Of a stretch of 64,000 nucleotides of DNA, positions 30,059-40,705 are shown in pieces. The stretch lies in assembly GCA_963674595.2 (NCBI GenBank), contig CAXXFV010000027.1, forward strand, positions 128,001-192,000, written 5' to 3'. This DNA is from a bacterium (GTDB taxonomy: Bacteria > Zhuqueibacterota > Zhuqueibacteria > Residuimicrobiales > Krinioviventaceae). The first letter of the stretch is position 1. Every line of letters begins with the position of its first letter. A model generated the notes under the pieces. The model did not search any database and had not been told where the DNA came from. It worked only from the letters and a program-made list of their open reading frames with translations. A program made the position numbers and the translations under genes.

Positions 30059-31363
30059 ATGGAATTGAAAAAGCTAGCATTTGTAGCAGTCGCATTACTG
30101 TATCTAACTGTTTTATCACCTCAAGGTTTAATCGCCCAAGAATCAGGAACAAAGCTCAAATACGGATTTAATGAGCGTGTGCGTAATACTTATTTCAACA
30201 ATATTATGGATTGGAATGAGGATGCGGACGATAAAAACCATTTTTTCAGAATCCGTAGCAGTCTTTGGGCACAATATTCATTTGCACCAAAGGCCCTGAT
30301 TTATGCAAAATTAACAAACGAAAACCGCCCCTATATTTCTGATCCTAAAGATCGTGATTATGATATACACGAAATCTTTTTTGATAATTTATATGCCAAA
30401 ATCTCATTTGGCTCCTCTATACCAACTACCCTGACCATCGGTCGTCAAAACATTATATACGGCGAAGGTTTTATTATGCTGGAAGGCGGTCCCTGGGATG
30501 GTTCGCGCGCTATTTATCATGATGCCGTCAAATTATCCATGCAAAAAGGAAAAACAACCATTGATCTTCTCGGTATCAATAATACTGCAGAAGAAGATCA
30601 TTTGCCTTTGATTATCGAGGCTGATAACGCGCAAAAAATGAATGATACTGACGAGGTTGCTTTTGGTACTTATATCACCAACACCTCAAAAGCAAACCTG
30701 AAACTTGAAGGTTATTTTTTCAACAAAACCGAAAAGTTTGACACAGAACTAAAAACCAATACCATTGGTGGTAGAGCAACAAAATCCGGAATGGGAAATC
30801 TTTCCCTTGTTACGGAATGGGCTTATCAGTTTGGTTCACAGGGAGATACTGACATCTCTGGTTTTGGCGGATACGGTTATTTGTCCTATCTTGCTTGTAA
30901 AAAACGCAACACAATCTTAAAAGCAGGCGCCAATTATTTATCAGGAGATGATCCGGAGACAACTGATAAAAATGAAGGCTGGAACCCGATTTTCAGTAAA
31001 TGGCCAAAATGGAGTGAATTGTACATTTATTCTCAAATACCGGAAAAAGGTAAAGTAGCCTATTGGACCAACACTTTTTCCCCCTGGGTGAGTGTTAATC
31101 TAAATCTGTGTAAAAAAGTCAATTTTTCAGCCACTTTTTATCATCTAAAAGCTATTCATTCCCTGCCCCCTGCAGAAGGCAAACCTTTCGGGACCGGAAA
31201 AACACGGGGCAATGAAATACAATTATTGTTCAAAATCAAATTTAACAAACTTTTAACAGGTCACTTTTTATATGACTATTTTTCTCCCGGCGACTATTAC
31301 AAGGAAGATCGGGTTAGTGGTCAATTTATCCGTGGTGAATTGATGTTTAACATTTCCAACTAA
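30059..31363 (+). CDS. Alginate export (AlgE-like) family outer-membrane porin
   Basis: Signal peptide; ERVR..FRIRS, LTIGRQNIIYGEG, YLSGDDP, GNEI motifs. Confidence 0.75.
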   Translation: MELKKLAFVAVALLYLTVLSPQGLIAQESGTKLKYGFNERVRNTYFNNIMDWNEDADDKNHFFRIRSSLWAQYSFAPKALIYAKLTNENRPYISDPKDRDYDIHEIFFDNLYAKISFGSSIPTTLTIGRQNIIYGEGFIMLEGGPWDGSRAIYHDAVKLSMQKGKTTIDLLGINNTAEEDHLPLIIEADNAQKMNDTDEVAFGTYITNTSKANLKLEGYFFNKTEKFDTELKTNTIGGRATKSGMGNLSLVTEWAYQFGSQGDTDISGFGGYGYLSYLACKKRNTILKAGANYLSGDDPETTDKNEGWNPIFSKWPKWSELYIYSQIPEKGKVAYWTNTFSPWVSVNLNLCKKVNFSATFYHLKAIHSLPPAEGKPFGTGKTRGNEIQLLFKIKFNKLLTGHFLYDYFSPGDYYKEDRVSGQFIRGELMFNISN

Positions 31364-31407
31364 ATAGAATCGACATTGAACTCTGCACCTTCAGTAGGGA
31401 GAAAAGT

Positions 31408-33015
31408 ATGAACATTTTGTTTTTAACATCGATTGTACTTGTGTATCTGTTCATTATTGGTTTTTTAGCCTATTCCGGATATAAAAAAACCAAAGATGCT
31501 AATGATTATATGGTGGCCGGACGCAGTATTCATCCGTATGTCATGGCTATTTCTTACGGGGCTACGTTTATCAGTACCTCAGCGATTGTTGGGTTTGGGG
31601 GAGCTGCTGCGGTCTTTGGAATGGGGATTTTATATTTAACTTTTCTAAATATCTTTGTAGGTATTTTCATCGCTTTTGTACTTTTTGGCAAACGCACCAG
31701 GTCAATGGGATTGAACCTGAACGCCCATACTTTTCCTGAATTTTTGGGTAATCGGTTCCAATCGACATTTCTTCAGGGAATTACCGGACTGCTGATATTT
31801 ATTGCAATGCCGCTTTACGCAAGTGTTGTCCTTATGGGCGGCGCTCAGTTTATTGCCGAAGTTCTAAGTGTTAACTATAACGCAGCTCTGTTCTTTTTTA
31901 CCGTTATCATTGCCATCTATGTGGTTATGGGCGGACTCAAGGGTGTTATGTACACCGACGCTTTCCAGGGCAGTATCATGTTTATTGGTATGTTTCTGTT
32001 GTTCATTTTCACCTATGTAAAGCTTGGAGGCTTTGTAACGGCACATGAAAAATTGACAGCAATGGCACCGATAGCTATAAAAATATTTGGAGCTAAAGGC
32101 CATACAGGCTGGACGTCTTTCCCGAGCTTTGGTTCTGAATATTGGCTGTCTCTTGTTACAACCATTGTCCTGGGCGTTGGTATCGGTGTGTTGGCCCAAC
32201 CACAGCTCGTTGTTCGTTTTATGACGGTTAAAAGCAGTCGGGAACTAAACCGGGCCGTTCTTGTAGGCGGTATTTTTATATTTATGATGACCGGTGTTGC
32301 GTTTATCGTGGGTGCACTATCAAATGTATTTTTTCAAAATCATCCTGATTTTCAAAACATTTCATTATTAGCGGCCAATAAAAGCGTTGCTAAAATAATT
32401 CCGCTTTACATTAAAACAGCTATGCCTCAGTGGTTTACAGTCATTTTTATGGTGACATTATTATCCGCAGCCATGTCTACCCTTAGCTCTCAATTCCATG
32501 CTATGGGTACATCAATTGGAAGAGATGTATATGAGAAATGGATCGGCGGCAAAGGAAATTCCGTTATGATTACAAAAGGTGGAATTTTAATCTCTATTCT
32601 CACCAGTCTCTTTTTAGCATGGAGCCTGCCGCTCTTTTTTGAAGGCGGAACAGCCATTATTGCCAGAGGGACGGCCATTTTCTTTGGACTCTGTGCGGCT
32701 GCATTTTTACCCATGTATATAGGCAGCCTGTATTCGAAAACAATGACTAAATCGGCAGCGATATGGGGCTTTTTTGCAGGTTTTCTGGTCAGTTTTATTT
32801 GGTTATTTTTTGTACATATCAAAGAGTCTCAACCATTACTGCTTTGTAAAACCATTTTTGGTATTGATTCTTTGGGACAAGGCACGGTATGGGCCATCAT
32901 CGACCCGTTAATAATTGCTTTGCCTGTTTCGATACTAGTTACAATTATCGTTAACAAATTTGGTACACCTCTACCCAAGGAACATGTTGAAAAATGTTTC
33001 AAAGGTGTGAAATAG
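31408..33015 (+). CDS. Sodium:solute symporter (SSS) family
   Basis: DYMVAGRS, ATFISTSAIVGFGG, GGLKGVMYTDAFQG, QPQLVVRFM, LSAAMSTLSS. Confidence 0.92.
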   Translation: MNILFLTSIVLVYLFIIGFLAYSGYKKTKDANDYMVAGRSIHPYVMAISYGATFISTSAIVGFGGAAAVFGMGILYLTFLNIFVGIFIAFVLFGKRTRSMGLNLNAHTFPEFLGNRFQSTFLQGITGLLIFIAMPLYASVVLMGGAQFIAEVLSVNYNAALFFFTVIIAIYVVMGGLKGVMYTDAFQGSIMFIGMFLLFIFTYVKLGGFVTAHEKLTAMAPIAIKIFGAKGHTGWTSFPSFGSEYWLSLVTTIVLGVGIGVLAQPQLVVRFMTVKSSRELNRAVLVGGIFIFMMTGVAFIVGALSNVFFQNHPDFQNISLLAANKSVAKIIPLYIKTAMPQWFTVIFMVTLLSAAMSTLSSQFHAMGTSIGRDVYEKWIGGKGNSVMITKGGILISILTSLFLAWSLPLFFEGGTAIIARGTAIFFGLCAAAFLPMYIGSLYSKTMTKSAAIWGFFAGFLVSFIWLFFVHIKESQPLLLCKTIFGIDSLGQGTVWAIIDPLIIALPVSILVTIIVNKFGTPLPKEHVEKCFKGVK

Positions 33016-33054
33016 TGTTTAATCATTATAACTGATAAAGCAGGAGAACGTATC

Positions 33055-33234
33055 ATGTTTGGTTTAGGAGACTTTTGGGTATCACTCGTATTTGTTTTAA
33101 TTATTCTTAGTACCTTACTGTGTATTGTATATGGAGTTATATACTGGAACAAAGACGGAGAACCGACAGAAGAAGAAATTAAAGAAGAAATAGAATGGGA
33201 AAAAGAAGAAAAAGAAATAGAGGATAAACTATAA
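33055..33234 (+). CDS. Symporter small accessory protein (59 aa); not in the ORF track
   Basis: AGGAG RBS; MFGLGDFWVSLVFVLIILSTLLCIVYGVIYWNKDGE..EEIEWEKEEKEIEDKL*, directly after the SSS gene. Confidence 0.85.
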   Translation: MFGLGDFWVSLVFVLIILSTLLCIVYGVIYWNKDGEPTEEEIKEEIEWEKEEKEIEDKL

Positions 33235-33551
33235 CTAAACAAATAGTTGTATGATTTATAAACTATTTTCTTTTTTATAAATACTTGCTTTTAACCCCGG
33301 ATTTAATTAAATTTTACGGCTTGTTATTAAACAATAATAAGCCGTTTTAATTAACAATAAATATAAATTCAAACTAAAGAATTACAATTTACGAACACAC
33401 TAATACGATGCCTGATTTAACTGAATCCCCCTTTATTATTAAAATCCGTTCAAATATCCCACCAAAAAAATCAAATTCTTTTGATTGTTTATTGTTATTT
33501 TAGCTAGCTTTAAAAATATTATACAAATTCAGGCGGTAAGTTGGAGTATAG

Positions 33552-35282
33552 ATGAAGAAATTATTATCAGGAAATGAAGCAATAGCCAGAGGCGCTTATG
33601 AAGCGGGTGTAAAAATAGCAGCCGCCTATCCGGGGACTCCCAGTACGGAAATATTGGAAAATATTTCTAAATACAAGGAAATAAATTCAGAATGGTCTGT
33701 AAATGAAAAAGTAGCTTTTGAAGTGGCTTTTGGAGGAGCGCTTGCCGGATCAAGGGCGCTTGCTGCCATGAAGCATGTCGGCGTTAACGTCGCTTCCGAC
33801 GCGCTGATGACAGCCGCCTATACAGGTGTTAACAGTGGATTTGTCCTTGTTACGGCAGATGACCCGGGAATGCACAGTTCACAAAACGAGCAGGATAACA
33901 GATATTTTGCCAAGATGGCAAAAATTCCCATGTTGGAGCCTTCAGACAGCCAGGAGGCCAAAGATTTTACCAGGCTGGCCCTGGAGATAAGCGAACAATA
34001 TGATACACCGGTATTGCTTCGTGTAACAACCCGAATTTGCCACGGTAAAGGTGTTGTTGACATAGACGAAAGAAAAGAATCTGAATCATATAAATATGAA
34101 AAAAATCCACAAAAATATGTCATGATTCCGGCATACGCCAGAAAACGAAAAATAGTTATTGAAAAACGTTTACAGGATCTTGCAGAATTCAGCGAATCCG
34201 TTGCCATAAACAGGATAGAAATTTCCGATCCTGATGTCGGCTTTATTACCAGCGGAATCAGCCATCAATATACCAAAGAAGTTTTCCCAAATGCTTCGTA
34301 TTTTAAACTTGGTATGACCTATCCCCTGCCGATGCAGGCAATTAAAAAATTTGTTGATTCGGTTAAAACAGTTTATGTCATAGAAGAGCTTGAGCCTTTC
34401 ATTGAAGAACAGCTTTTGGCGGCCGGCATTAAAGTATTGGGCAAATCGGTCTTACCCAATGACGGAGAACTTTCCGCAGAAATTTTACGCGAAAAAATAT
34501 TAAACAAACCGGTTGAAATATCTGTCCCTGTAACCAACGATCTTCCGGCACGACCGCCTGTTATGTGCGCGGGCTGCCCTCACAGAAAAGTATTTCACGT
34601 CCTTAAAAAACTGAAAGCCACGATCAGCGGCGATATTGGCTGCTATACGCTAAGTTCCCTCCCACCATTGGAAACGATGGATACATGTATTTGTATGGGC
34701 GGAAGTATCGGCGTGGCCCAGGGATTATCCAAAGTTTTACAAAAAGAATCAAACAAACCCATTGTCGGTGTGCTGGGCGATTCCACTTTTTTCCATTCCG
34801 GTATTCCAAGCCTGGTAAATGCCGTGTATAATAAAACAAATGTGACTATTATTATACTCGATAACCGTATTACGGCAATGACAGGTCATCAGGACAATCC
34901 GGGAACAGGCAAAACATTATCCGGCGAAGAAACAAAAAAAATAGATTTTAAAGCATTGGCCCTTGCCTGCGGTGTTGAACATGTTGCGATGATCAATCTT
35001 GAAGAAATGAGTGAGATAACAAACGTTATAAAAGAAGCTGTTTCTTTTCCAGGACCTTCTGTTGTGATTGCTCAAAGTCCGTGTGTGCTTATCGATAAAA
35101 AATCGAAAAGAGGTTATAATAAAGTCGATCCTTCAAAATGTACCATGTGCAAAGTTTGCCTGCGAATCGGATGTCCGGCAATCAGCATGGGTAATGAATC
35201 CGTTGTAATTGACCCGTTAATGTGCACCATGTGTAATGCATGTTTGCAGATTTGCCCTTCAGATGCAATTAGTCCGGCTTGA
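33552..35282 (+). CDS. iorA: Indolepyruvate:ferredoxin oxidoreductase alpha subunit
   Basis: LSGNEAIARGA, YPGTPSTEI, MKHVGVNVA, DDPGMHSSQNEQD, CAGCPH, GDIGCY, GDSTFFHSG, C-terminal 2x[4Fe-4S]. Confidence 0.95.
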   Translation: MKKLLSGNEAIARGAYEAGVKIAAAYPGTPSTEILENISKYKEINSEWSVNEKVAFEVAFGGALAGSRALAAMKHVGVNVASDALMTAAYTGVNSGFVLVTADDPGMHSSQNEQDNRYFAKMAKIPMLEPSDSQEAKDFTRLALEISEQYDTPVLLRVTTRICHGKGVVDIDERKESESYKYEKNPQKYVMIPAYARKRKIVIEKRLQDLAEFSESVAINRIEISDPDVGFITSGISHQYTKEVFPNASYFKLGMTYPLPMQAIKKFVDSVKTVYVIEELEPFIEEQLLAAGIKVLGKSVLPNDGELSAEILREKILNKPVEISVPVTNDLPARPPVMCAGCPHRKVFHVLKKLKATISGDIGCYTLSSLPPLETMDTCICMGGSIGVAQGLSKVLQKESNKPIVGVLGDSTFFHSGIPSLVNAVYNKTNVTIIILDNRITAMTGHQDNPGTGKTLSGEETKKIDFKALALACGVEHVAMINLEEMSEITNVIKEAVSFPGPSVVIAQSPCVLIDKKSKRGYNKVDPSKCTMCKVCLRIGCPAISMGNESVVIDPLMCTMCNACLQICPSDAISPA

Positions 35283-35308
35283 TACATTTTAAAAATTTCG
35301 GAGATACA

Positions 35309-35893
35309 ATGAACGATATGGTAAATAAAAATATATTAATTGTAGGTGTAGGCGGACAGGGTATTGTCCTTGTTAGTGAAATTATTGCCAAAGTATGTAT
35401 GACCTATGGATATGATGTTAAACAAAATGAAGTACACGGTATGGCGCAAAGAGGCGGCAGTGTTGTCAGTCATGTTCGTTATGGTAATAAAATCCATTCA
35501 CCCCTGATAGAGGTTGGACAGGCTGATGTACTCCTTTCCTTTGAACTTTTGGAAGCACAGCGATGGCTTTATTATTTAAAAAAAGATGGCATCGCCATTA
35601 TAAACACTCAACAAATCGAACCCATGTCGGTATTAAGCGGTAAAACAACCTACCCTGAAAATATAGAATCACAGATAAAAGACAGCGGCTGCAATGTTAA
35701 ATTTGTAAACGGAACCCAGATTGCCAAAGACGTCAATAATTTACGGTCGGTGAATATATCGCTGATTGGTGCATTGTCAAATGAACTGGAATTTGATGAA
35801 AACTTATGGACGGATGCAATTAAAGGCAGAGTACCGCAAAAAACAATTGAAAGTAATTTAAAAGCCTTTGAATTCGGCAGACAAGCAAAATAA
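35309..35893 (+). CDS. iorB: Indolepyruvate:ferredoxin oxidoreductase beta subunit
   Basis: GVGGQG, EVHGMAQRGGSVVSHVR, NLKAFEFG. Confidence 0.93.
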   Translation: MNDMVNKNILIVGVGGQGIVLVSEIIAKVCMTYGYDVKQNEVHGMAQRGGSVVSHVRYGNKIHSPLIEVGQADVLLSFELLEAQRWLYYLKKDGIAIINTQQIEPMSVLSGKTTYPENIESQIKDSGCNVKFVNGTQIAKDVNNLRSVNISLIGALSNELEFDENLWTDAIKGRVPQKTIESNLKAFEFGRQAK

Positions 35894-35931
35894 TATATCG
35901 CTTACCTTTATAGCGATGGAGGACATGTTCT

Positions 35932-37230
35932 ATGAAAAAATACAAAGTGGATTATTTAGACCAGGAAGAGTTATTAAATCTTCAACAGGAACGACTGCAA
36001 AAAGTAACAAAACATGTCTATGATAATGTTCCCTATTATCAGCAGGTATTTGACAAATTGGGCGCAAAACCTGAAGATTTTAAATCAATGGATAGTCTGA
36101 AACAACTTCCACTGACAGATAAAGAAGTTTTAAGGCAGCACTATCCGTTTGGATTATTTGCTGTTCCCATGTCTGAAGTAAAAGAAATACACGCATCATC
36201 CGGAACAACAGGCAAACCCACTGTTGTCGCCTATACTCAGGGCGATCTTAACGTATGGTCCGAAGTCATGTCACGAAGTATTGCCTGTACAGGCGGCTGT
36301 GAACAAGACATTATTCAAAATGCTTATGGATATGGTTTATTTACCGGCGGACTCGGTGTTCATTACGGCTCTTTGGAATTGGGTTCATCCGTTGTTCCGA
36401 TCTCTTCGGGAGGAACAAAACGACAGCTTCAGATCATGCAGGATTTTGGCACAACCATTATAACCTGTACTCCCTCCTACTCTGTTTATCTTGCTGAACA
36501 GGCTACGGCCCTTGGAATTGATCCACGACACACAACCATTCGAATTGGAATTTTAGGAGCAGAACCATGGAGCGATGGAATGCGTTCCGAAATAGAATCC
36601 TTATGGAATATTAAAGCCTATGACATTTACGGTTTGTCGGAAATAATCGGACCCGGTGTAGCTGTAGAATGTGAAGGCCAGCATGGTCTGCATATTTGGG
36701 CTGACCATTTTTATCCGGAAGTTATTAATCCGGTAACCGGAGAAGCAGTCGGCGAGGGTGAAGATGGTATGCTGGTTATTACTACGCTTACAAAAGAGGC
36801 CACTCCGTTTTTAAGATATGCAACCAAGGACATTGTAAATATTACCTATGAAAAATGTCCTGCCTGTGGACGAACCAGTCCCAGAATCAGCCGGGTAAAA
36901 GGCCGAACAGATGATATGTTGATCATTCGTGGTATTAACGTATTTCCGTCTCAAATAGAATCCGTTTTAATGGAAATTGAAGAAACAGACCCACATTATC
37001 AACTCATTGTCAGCCGGGAAGGCGCCCTGGATAAACTCGAAGTTCAGGTTGAAGTAAACGACAAATTTTTCTCAGATGAGATTCGAAAATTGGAAGCATT
37101 GGAAAATCGAATTAGGAAAGAAATTGAAAACGTACTGTCAATTGCTGTAAAAGTTAAGCTGGTTGAGCCGCTAACAATCACTCGCAGCGAAGGTAAAGCA
37201 AAACGTGTTATAGACACACGACAGATATAA
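35932..37230 (+). CDS. paaK: Phenylacetate-CoA ligase family
   Basis: [51 protein letters not shown]. Confidence 0.92.
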   Translation: MKKYKVDYLDQEELLNLQQERLQKVTKHVYDNVPYYQQVFDKLGAKPEDFKSMDSLKQLPLTDKEVLRQHYPFGLFAVPMSEVKEIHASSGTTGKPTVVAYTQGDLNVWSEVMSRSIACTGGCEQDIIQNAYGYGLFTGGLGVHYGSLELGSSVVPISSGGTKRQLQIMQDFGTTIITCTPSYSVYLAEQATALGIDPRHTTIRIGILGAEPWSDGMRSEIESLWNIKAYDIYGLSEIIGPGVAVECEGQHGLHIWADHFYPEVINPVTGEAVGEGEDGMLVITTLTKEATPFLRYATKDIVNITYEKCPACGRTSPRISRVKGRTDDMLIIRGINVFPSQIESVLMEIEETDPHYQLIVSREGALDKLEVQVEVNDKFFSDEIRKLEALENRIRKEIENVLSIAVKVKLVEPLTITRSEGKAKRVIDTRQI

Positions 37231-37320
37231 TTCGATGATAAAATAATTTTCGTTTTTAATCAATAATTATTACGGCTAAACTCCAAATTTGATCCTAATT
37301 ACCAAAGCAAGGAGTACAAA

Positions 37321-37752
37321 ATGAATATTAAACAAATTTCGGTTTTTTTAGAAAATCGTCCGGGACGGTTGGAAGAAATAACACATGTTTTATCAACAGG
37401 CGGTATCAACATTCGTGCGTTGTCACTGGCAGATACATCCGATTTTGGAATTCTCAGATTAATTGTTAACGATCCTGATAAAGCAATAAAACTGCTTAAA
37501 GAAGCAACATTTACCGTAAGAGAAAACGATGTGATAGCTGTAGAGATTGATGACAAACCAGGCGGTCTTTCTAAATTGCTGGGTATATTCAGCAAAGCCA
37601 GTATAAGTATAGAGTACATGTATGCATTTTTTGAGAAAAAAATTGATAAAGCTATTATGATAATTCGTGTGGAAGCAACGGCAAAGGCGTTAAAATCGCT
37701 TAAAGACGCTGGTGTTCCGCTTTTACGAAGCAGTGAAATCTATGAAATGTAA
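37321..37752 (+). CDS. ACT domain protein (tandem ACT)
   Basis: KQISVFLENRPGRL, INIRALSLADTSDFGILRLIV, IEYMYAF. Confidence 0.92.
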   Translation: MNIKQISVFLENRPGRLEEITHVLSTGGINIRALSLADTSDFGILRLIVNDPDKAIKLLKEATFTVRENDVIAVEIDDKPGGLSKLLGIFSKASISIEYMYAFFEKKIDKAIMIIRVEATAKALKSLKDAGVPLLRSSEIYEM

Positions 37753-37782
37753 AATGATAACCAAAATCTGAGGAATAGAACA

Positions 37783-39093
37783 GTGACTGCGCGAATATGG
37801 GACCCAGAATTTGAGACGATGCCCAAGGACCGACTTGATAAACTTCAACTGAAACGATTGCAGAATGTTGTCGAATATGCTTATGAAAAAGTGCCGTTTT
37901 ATAAGGATATTTTTACAAAAAACAATATTTCACACCAGGATATAAAAACGCTGGATCATTTACAAGACCTGCCGTTTACAACCAAGGCTGATCTGCAGGC
38001 AAGCTATCCCTATGGCATGTTTGCTGTACCGCTGTCGGATGTTGTCCGCATTCATTCCTCATCCGGGACAACCGGACAACCGACTGTTGTCGGGTATACC
38101 AGGAATGATTTGAATAACTGGACGGAGCTTATCGCCCGCTTATTAACGGCCGGCGGTGTAACAAAAAACGATATAGTTCAAATATGTTTCGGTTATGGAT
38201 TGTTTACAGGCGGATTTGGTTTACATTATGGCGTTGAGAGGGTCGGCGCAACCGTCATTCCTATTTCATCAGGCAATACCTCACGCCAAATGATGGTGAT
38301 GAAAGACTACCGGACCACGGCTATTGTTTGCACACCAAGCTATTCACTCTATCTTGCCGAATGTTTGCAAGAAGCCAAAATTGATCTCAATGATTTGCAG
38401 TTACGCACCGGTTTGTTTGGCGGCGAACCGTGGAGTGAAAATATGCGCACTGAAATAGAAAGCCGGTTAGGGATAAGTGCCACAGACAACTATGGTCTCA
38501 GCGAAGTTATGGGCCCCGGGGTTTCCATGGAATGCCTTGAGAAAAAAGGAATGCACATTTGTGAAGATCATTTTATTGCGGAAATTATCGATCCTGATAC
38601 TTGTCAGGTTTTACCCTATGGTGAAGTCGGTGAATTGGTCATTACAACAATCACCAAAGAGGCAATTCCTGTTATTCGTTACAGAACACGCGATATTACC
38701 CGATTAATTAAAGAACCCTGTGCCTGCGGCCGTACATTGGTTCGAATGGAGAAACCTCATGGCAGAACAGATGATATGCTGATCATCCGGGGCGTTAATG
38801 TATTCCCGTCACAAATTGAAACGGTACTTGTTGAAATGGACGAAACTGATCCGCATTACCAGCTTTTTATTAAAAGAGAAGGCGTGTTGGATACACTGGA
38901 AGTCCATGTGGAAATTAATGAAAAGTTTTTTGTTGATGAAATGAGAAGAATGAAAGAAATCGAACAAAAAATCTATAATCGTATAAAAAGTACCCTTGGA
39001 TTGTCGGTGAAACTGAAACTGGTGGAACCGAAATCACTTGTGCGAACAGAAGGAAAAGCAAAAAGAGTTTTTGATTTACGCCAAAAGAACTAG
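37783..39093 (+). CDS. paaK: Phenylacetate-CoA ligase family (second paralog)
   Basis: [51 protein letters not shown]; GTG start. Confidence 0.92.
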   Translation: MTARIWDPEFETMPKDRLDKLQLKRLQNVVEYAYEKVPFYKDIFTKNNISHQDIKTLDHLQDLPFTTKADLQASYPYGMFAVPLSDVVRIHSSSGTTGQPTVVGYTRNDLNNWTELIARLLTAGGVTKNDIVQICFGYGLFTGGFGLHYGVERVGATVIPISSGNTSRQMMVMKDYRTTAIVCTPSYSLYLAECLQEAKIDLNDLQLRTGLFGGEPWSENMRTEIESRLGISATDNYGLSEVMGPGVSMECLEKKGMHICEDHFIAEIIDPDTCQVLPYGEVGELVITTITKEAIPVIRYRTRDITRLIKEPCACGRTLVRMEKPHGRTDDMLIIRGVNVFPSQIETVLVEMDETDPHYQLFIKREGVLDTLEVHVEINEKFFVDEMRRMKEIEQKIYNRIKSTLGLSVKLKLVEPKSLVRTEGKAKRVFDLRQKN

Positions 39094-39139
39094 TACTCTA
39101 CAACTAACAGATGATGGTTACAAAAACGAAAGGTAGGAG

Positions 39140-40165
39140 ATGATGAAATTCCGGGCTCTTCAATGTACAGTATTGTTTGTATCTCTTTTAACTTTAATGT
39201 TCTTAAATTTGAATTGCGGCAAAGGCGGAAACAAAGGAACAATTGAACTGTCCTACAGCATCTTTTTTCCACCAACACACATTCAATGTAAAACAGCTAT
39301 GGACTGGGCAAAGGAAATAGAAACCCGCACAAATGGTCGTGTTAAAATTTCAGTTTTTCCGGGCGGCACTCTCACAAAAGCACCACAGGTTTATGACGGG
39401 GTAGTTAATGGCATATCAGACATTGGTATGAGCTGTTTTGCTTATACGCGCGGTAGATTTCCACTATTAGAAGGATTGGATTTACCTCTGGGTTATCCTG
39501 ACGGGAAAACCGCCACAAAAATTGCCACTCAAATGGTGCAAAAATACAATCCGGAAGAAATTCAACAAACAAAAGTTATGTATATTCATGCTCACGGTCC
39601 CGGTATTTTGGCCAGCAAAAAGAAAGTAAGTACAATTGACGATATTAAAGGCATGAAAATCAGAGGAACCGGATTGTCATCAAAAATAATCCAGAGTCTT
39701 GGCGGTAATCCCATCGGCATGAGTCAACCGGAAACCTATGAAGCCCTGCAAAAAGGTGTTGTTGACGCTACATTTTGCCCGATTGAAACGTTAAAGGGAT
39801 GGAAACAGGGTGAAGTGATCAATTACGTTGTTGATACTTCTGTTATCGGTTATACAACTTCGATGTTTGTTGTTATGAATAAAGACAAATGGGAAAAACT
39901 TCCAAAAAACATTCAGGAAATTTTTAACAAAGTTAATGAAGAATGGGTCGTAAAACACGGTGAAGCCTGGGACCTGGCTGACGAAGAAGGTAAAAAATTT
40001 GTGCAGGAACTCGAGGTAGAGACAATAAAATTAAATCCTGCTGAATATCCGCAATGGGAAAAAGCCGTAAGTCCCATATTGGAAGACTATATTGCCACAG
40101 CAAAAGAAAAAGGTCTGGACGGACAGGCATTTCTTAACGATATAAAATCTTTGATGAACATATAA
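39140..40165 (+). CDS. dctP: TRAP transporter substrate-binding protein
   Basis: [33 protein letters not shown]; lipoprotein-like N-terminus. Confidence 0.9.
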   Translation: MMKFRALQCTVLFVSLLTLMFLNLNCGKGGNKGTIELSYSIFFPPTHIQCKTAMDWAKEIETRTNGRVKISVFPGGTLTKAPQVYDGVVNGISDIGMSCFAYTRGRFPLLEGLDLPLGYPDGKTATKIATQMVQKYNPEEIQQTKVMYIHAHGPGILASKKKVSTIDDIKGMKIRGTGLSSKIIQSLGGNPIGMSQPETYEALQKGVVDATFCPIETLKGWKQGEVINYVVDTSVIGYTTSMFVVMNKDKWEKLPKNIQEIFNKVNEEWVVKHGEAWDLADEEGKKFVQELEVETIKLNPAEYPQWEKAVSPILEDYIATAKEKGLDGQAFLNDIKSLMNI

Positions 40166-40177
40166 AAACAGATCATT

Positions 40178-40705
40178 ATGGTTGAAAAAAATCAGAAAAA
40201 CTATTCTCTAAAAACAGTTCAAACAGCCTATGTTGCAGCTTTAAAAAAGACTGTTATGCTGCTTGCGCTTATTTCCGGTTTAAGTGTATTTTTAATGATG
40301 CTTGTTACAACGGTAGATGTTATTTTGAGGATTTTTGGCATTTCATTTATCGGTGCTTTTGATATTGTTACAATCGCCGGCGCTATTGCCATATCGGCAG
40401 CATTGCCCTACACCACCGCTGTTAAAGGGCATGTCGCCATCGAATATTTTTTTCAAAAATTTTCAAAATGGGGGCGCATCGTCGTTGATACCATTGCGCG
40501 CATCTTGTCAGTGACTTTATTTACGCTGCTTGCCTGGCACAGTATTAAGTATGGCAACAGTATGTTAAAAAGCGGTGAGGTAACATCGACTTTACAAATA
40601 CCGTTGTTCTGGGTACCGTTTATGATCGCTGTTTCCTGCTTTTTGGTTGTTTTGGTGATTATTTATCATATCGTACATCCCGGAAAGGAGCTGCTGAAAC
40701 CATGA
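40178..40705 (+). CDS. dctQ: TRAP transporter small permease
   Basis: 4 TM; DVILR, GHVAIEYF; between dctP and dctM. Confidence 0.88.
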   Translation: MVEKNQKNYSLKTVQTAYVAALKKTVMLLALISGLSVFLMMLVTTVDVILRIFGISFIGAFDIVTIAGAIAISAALPYTTAVKGHVAIEYFFQKFSKWGRIVVDTIARILSVTLFTLLAWHSIKYGNSMLKSGEVTSTLQIPLFWVPFMIAVSCFLVVLVIIYHIVHPGKELLKP

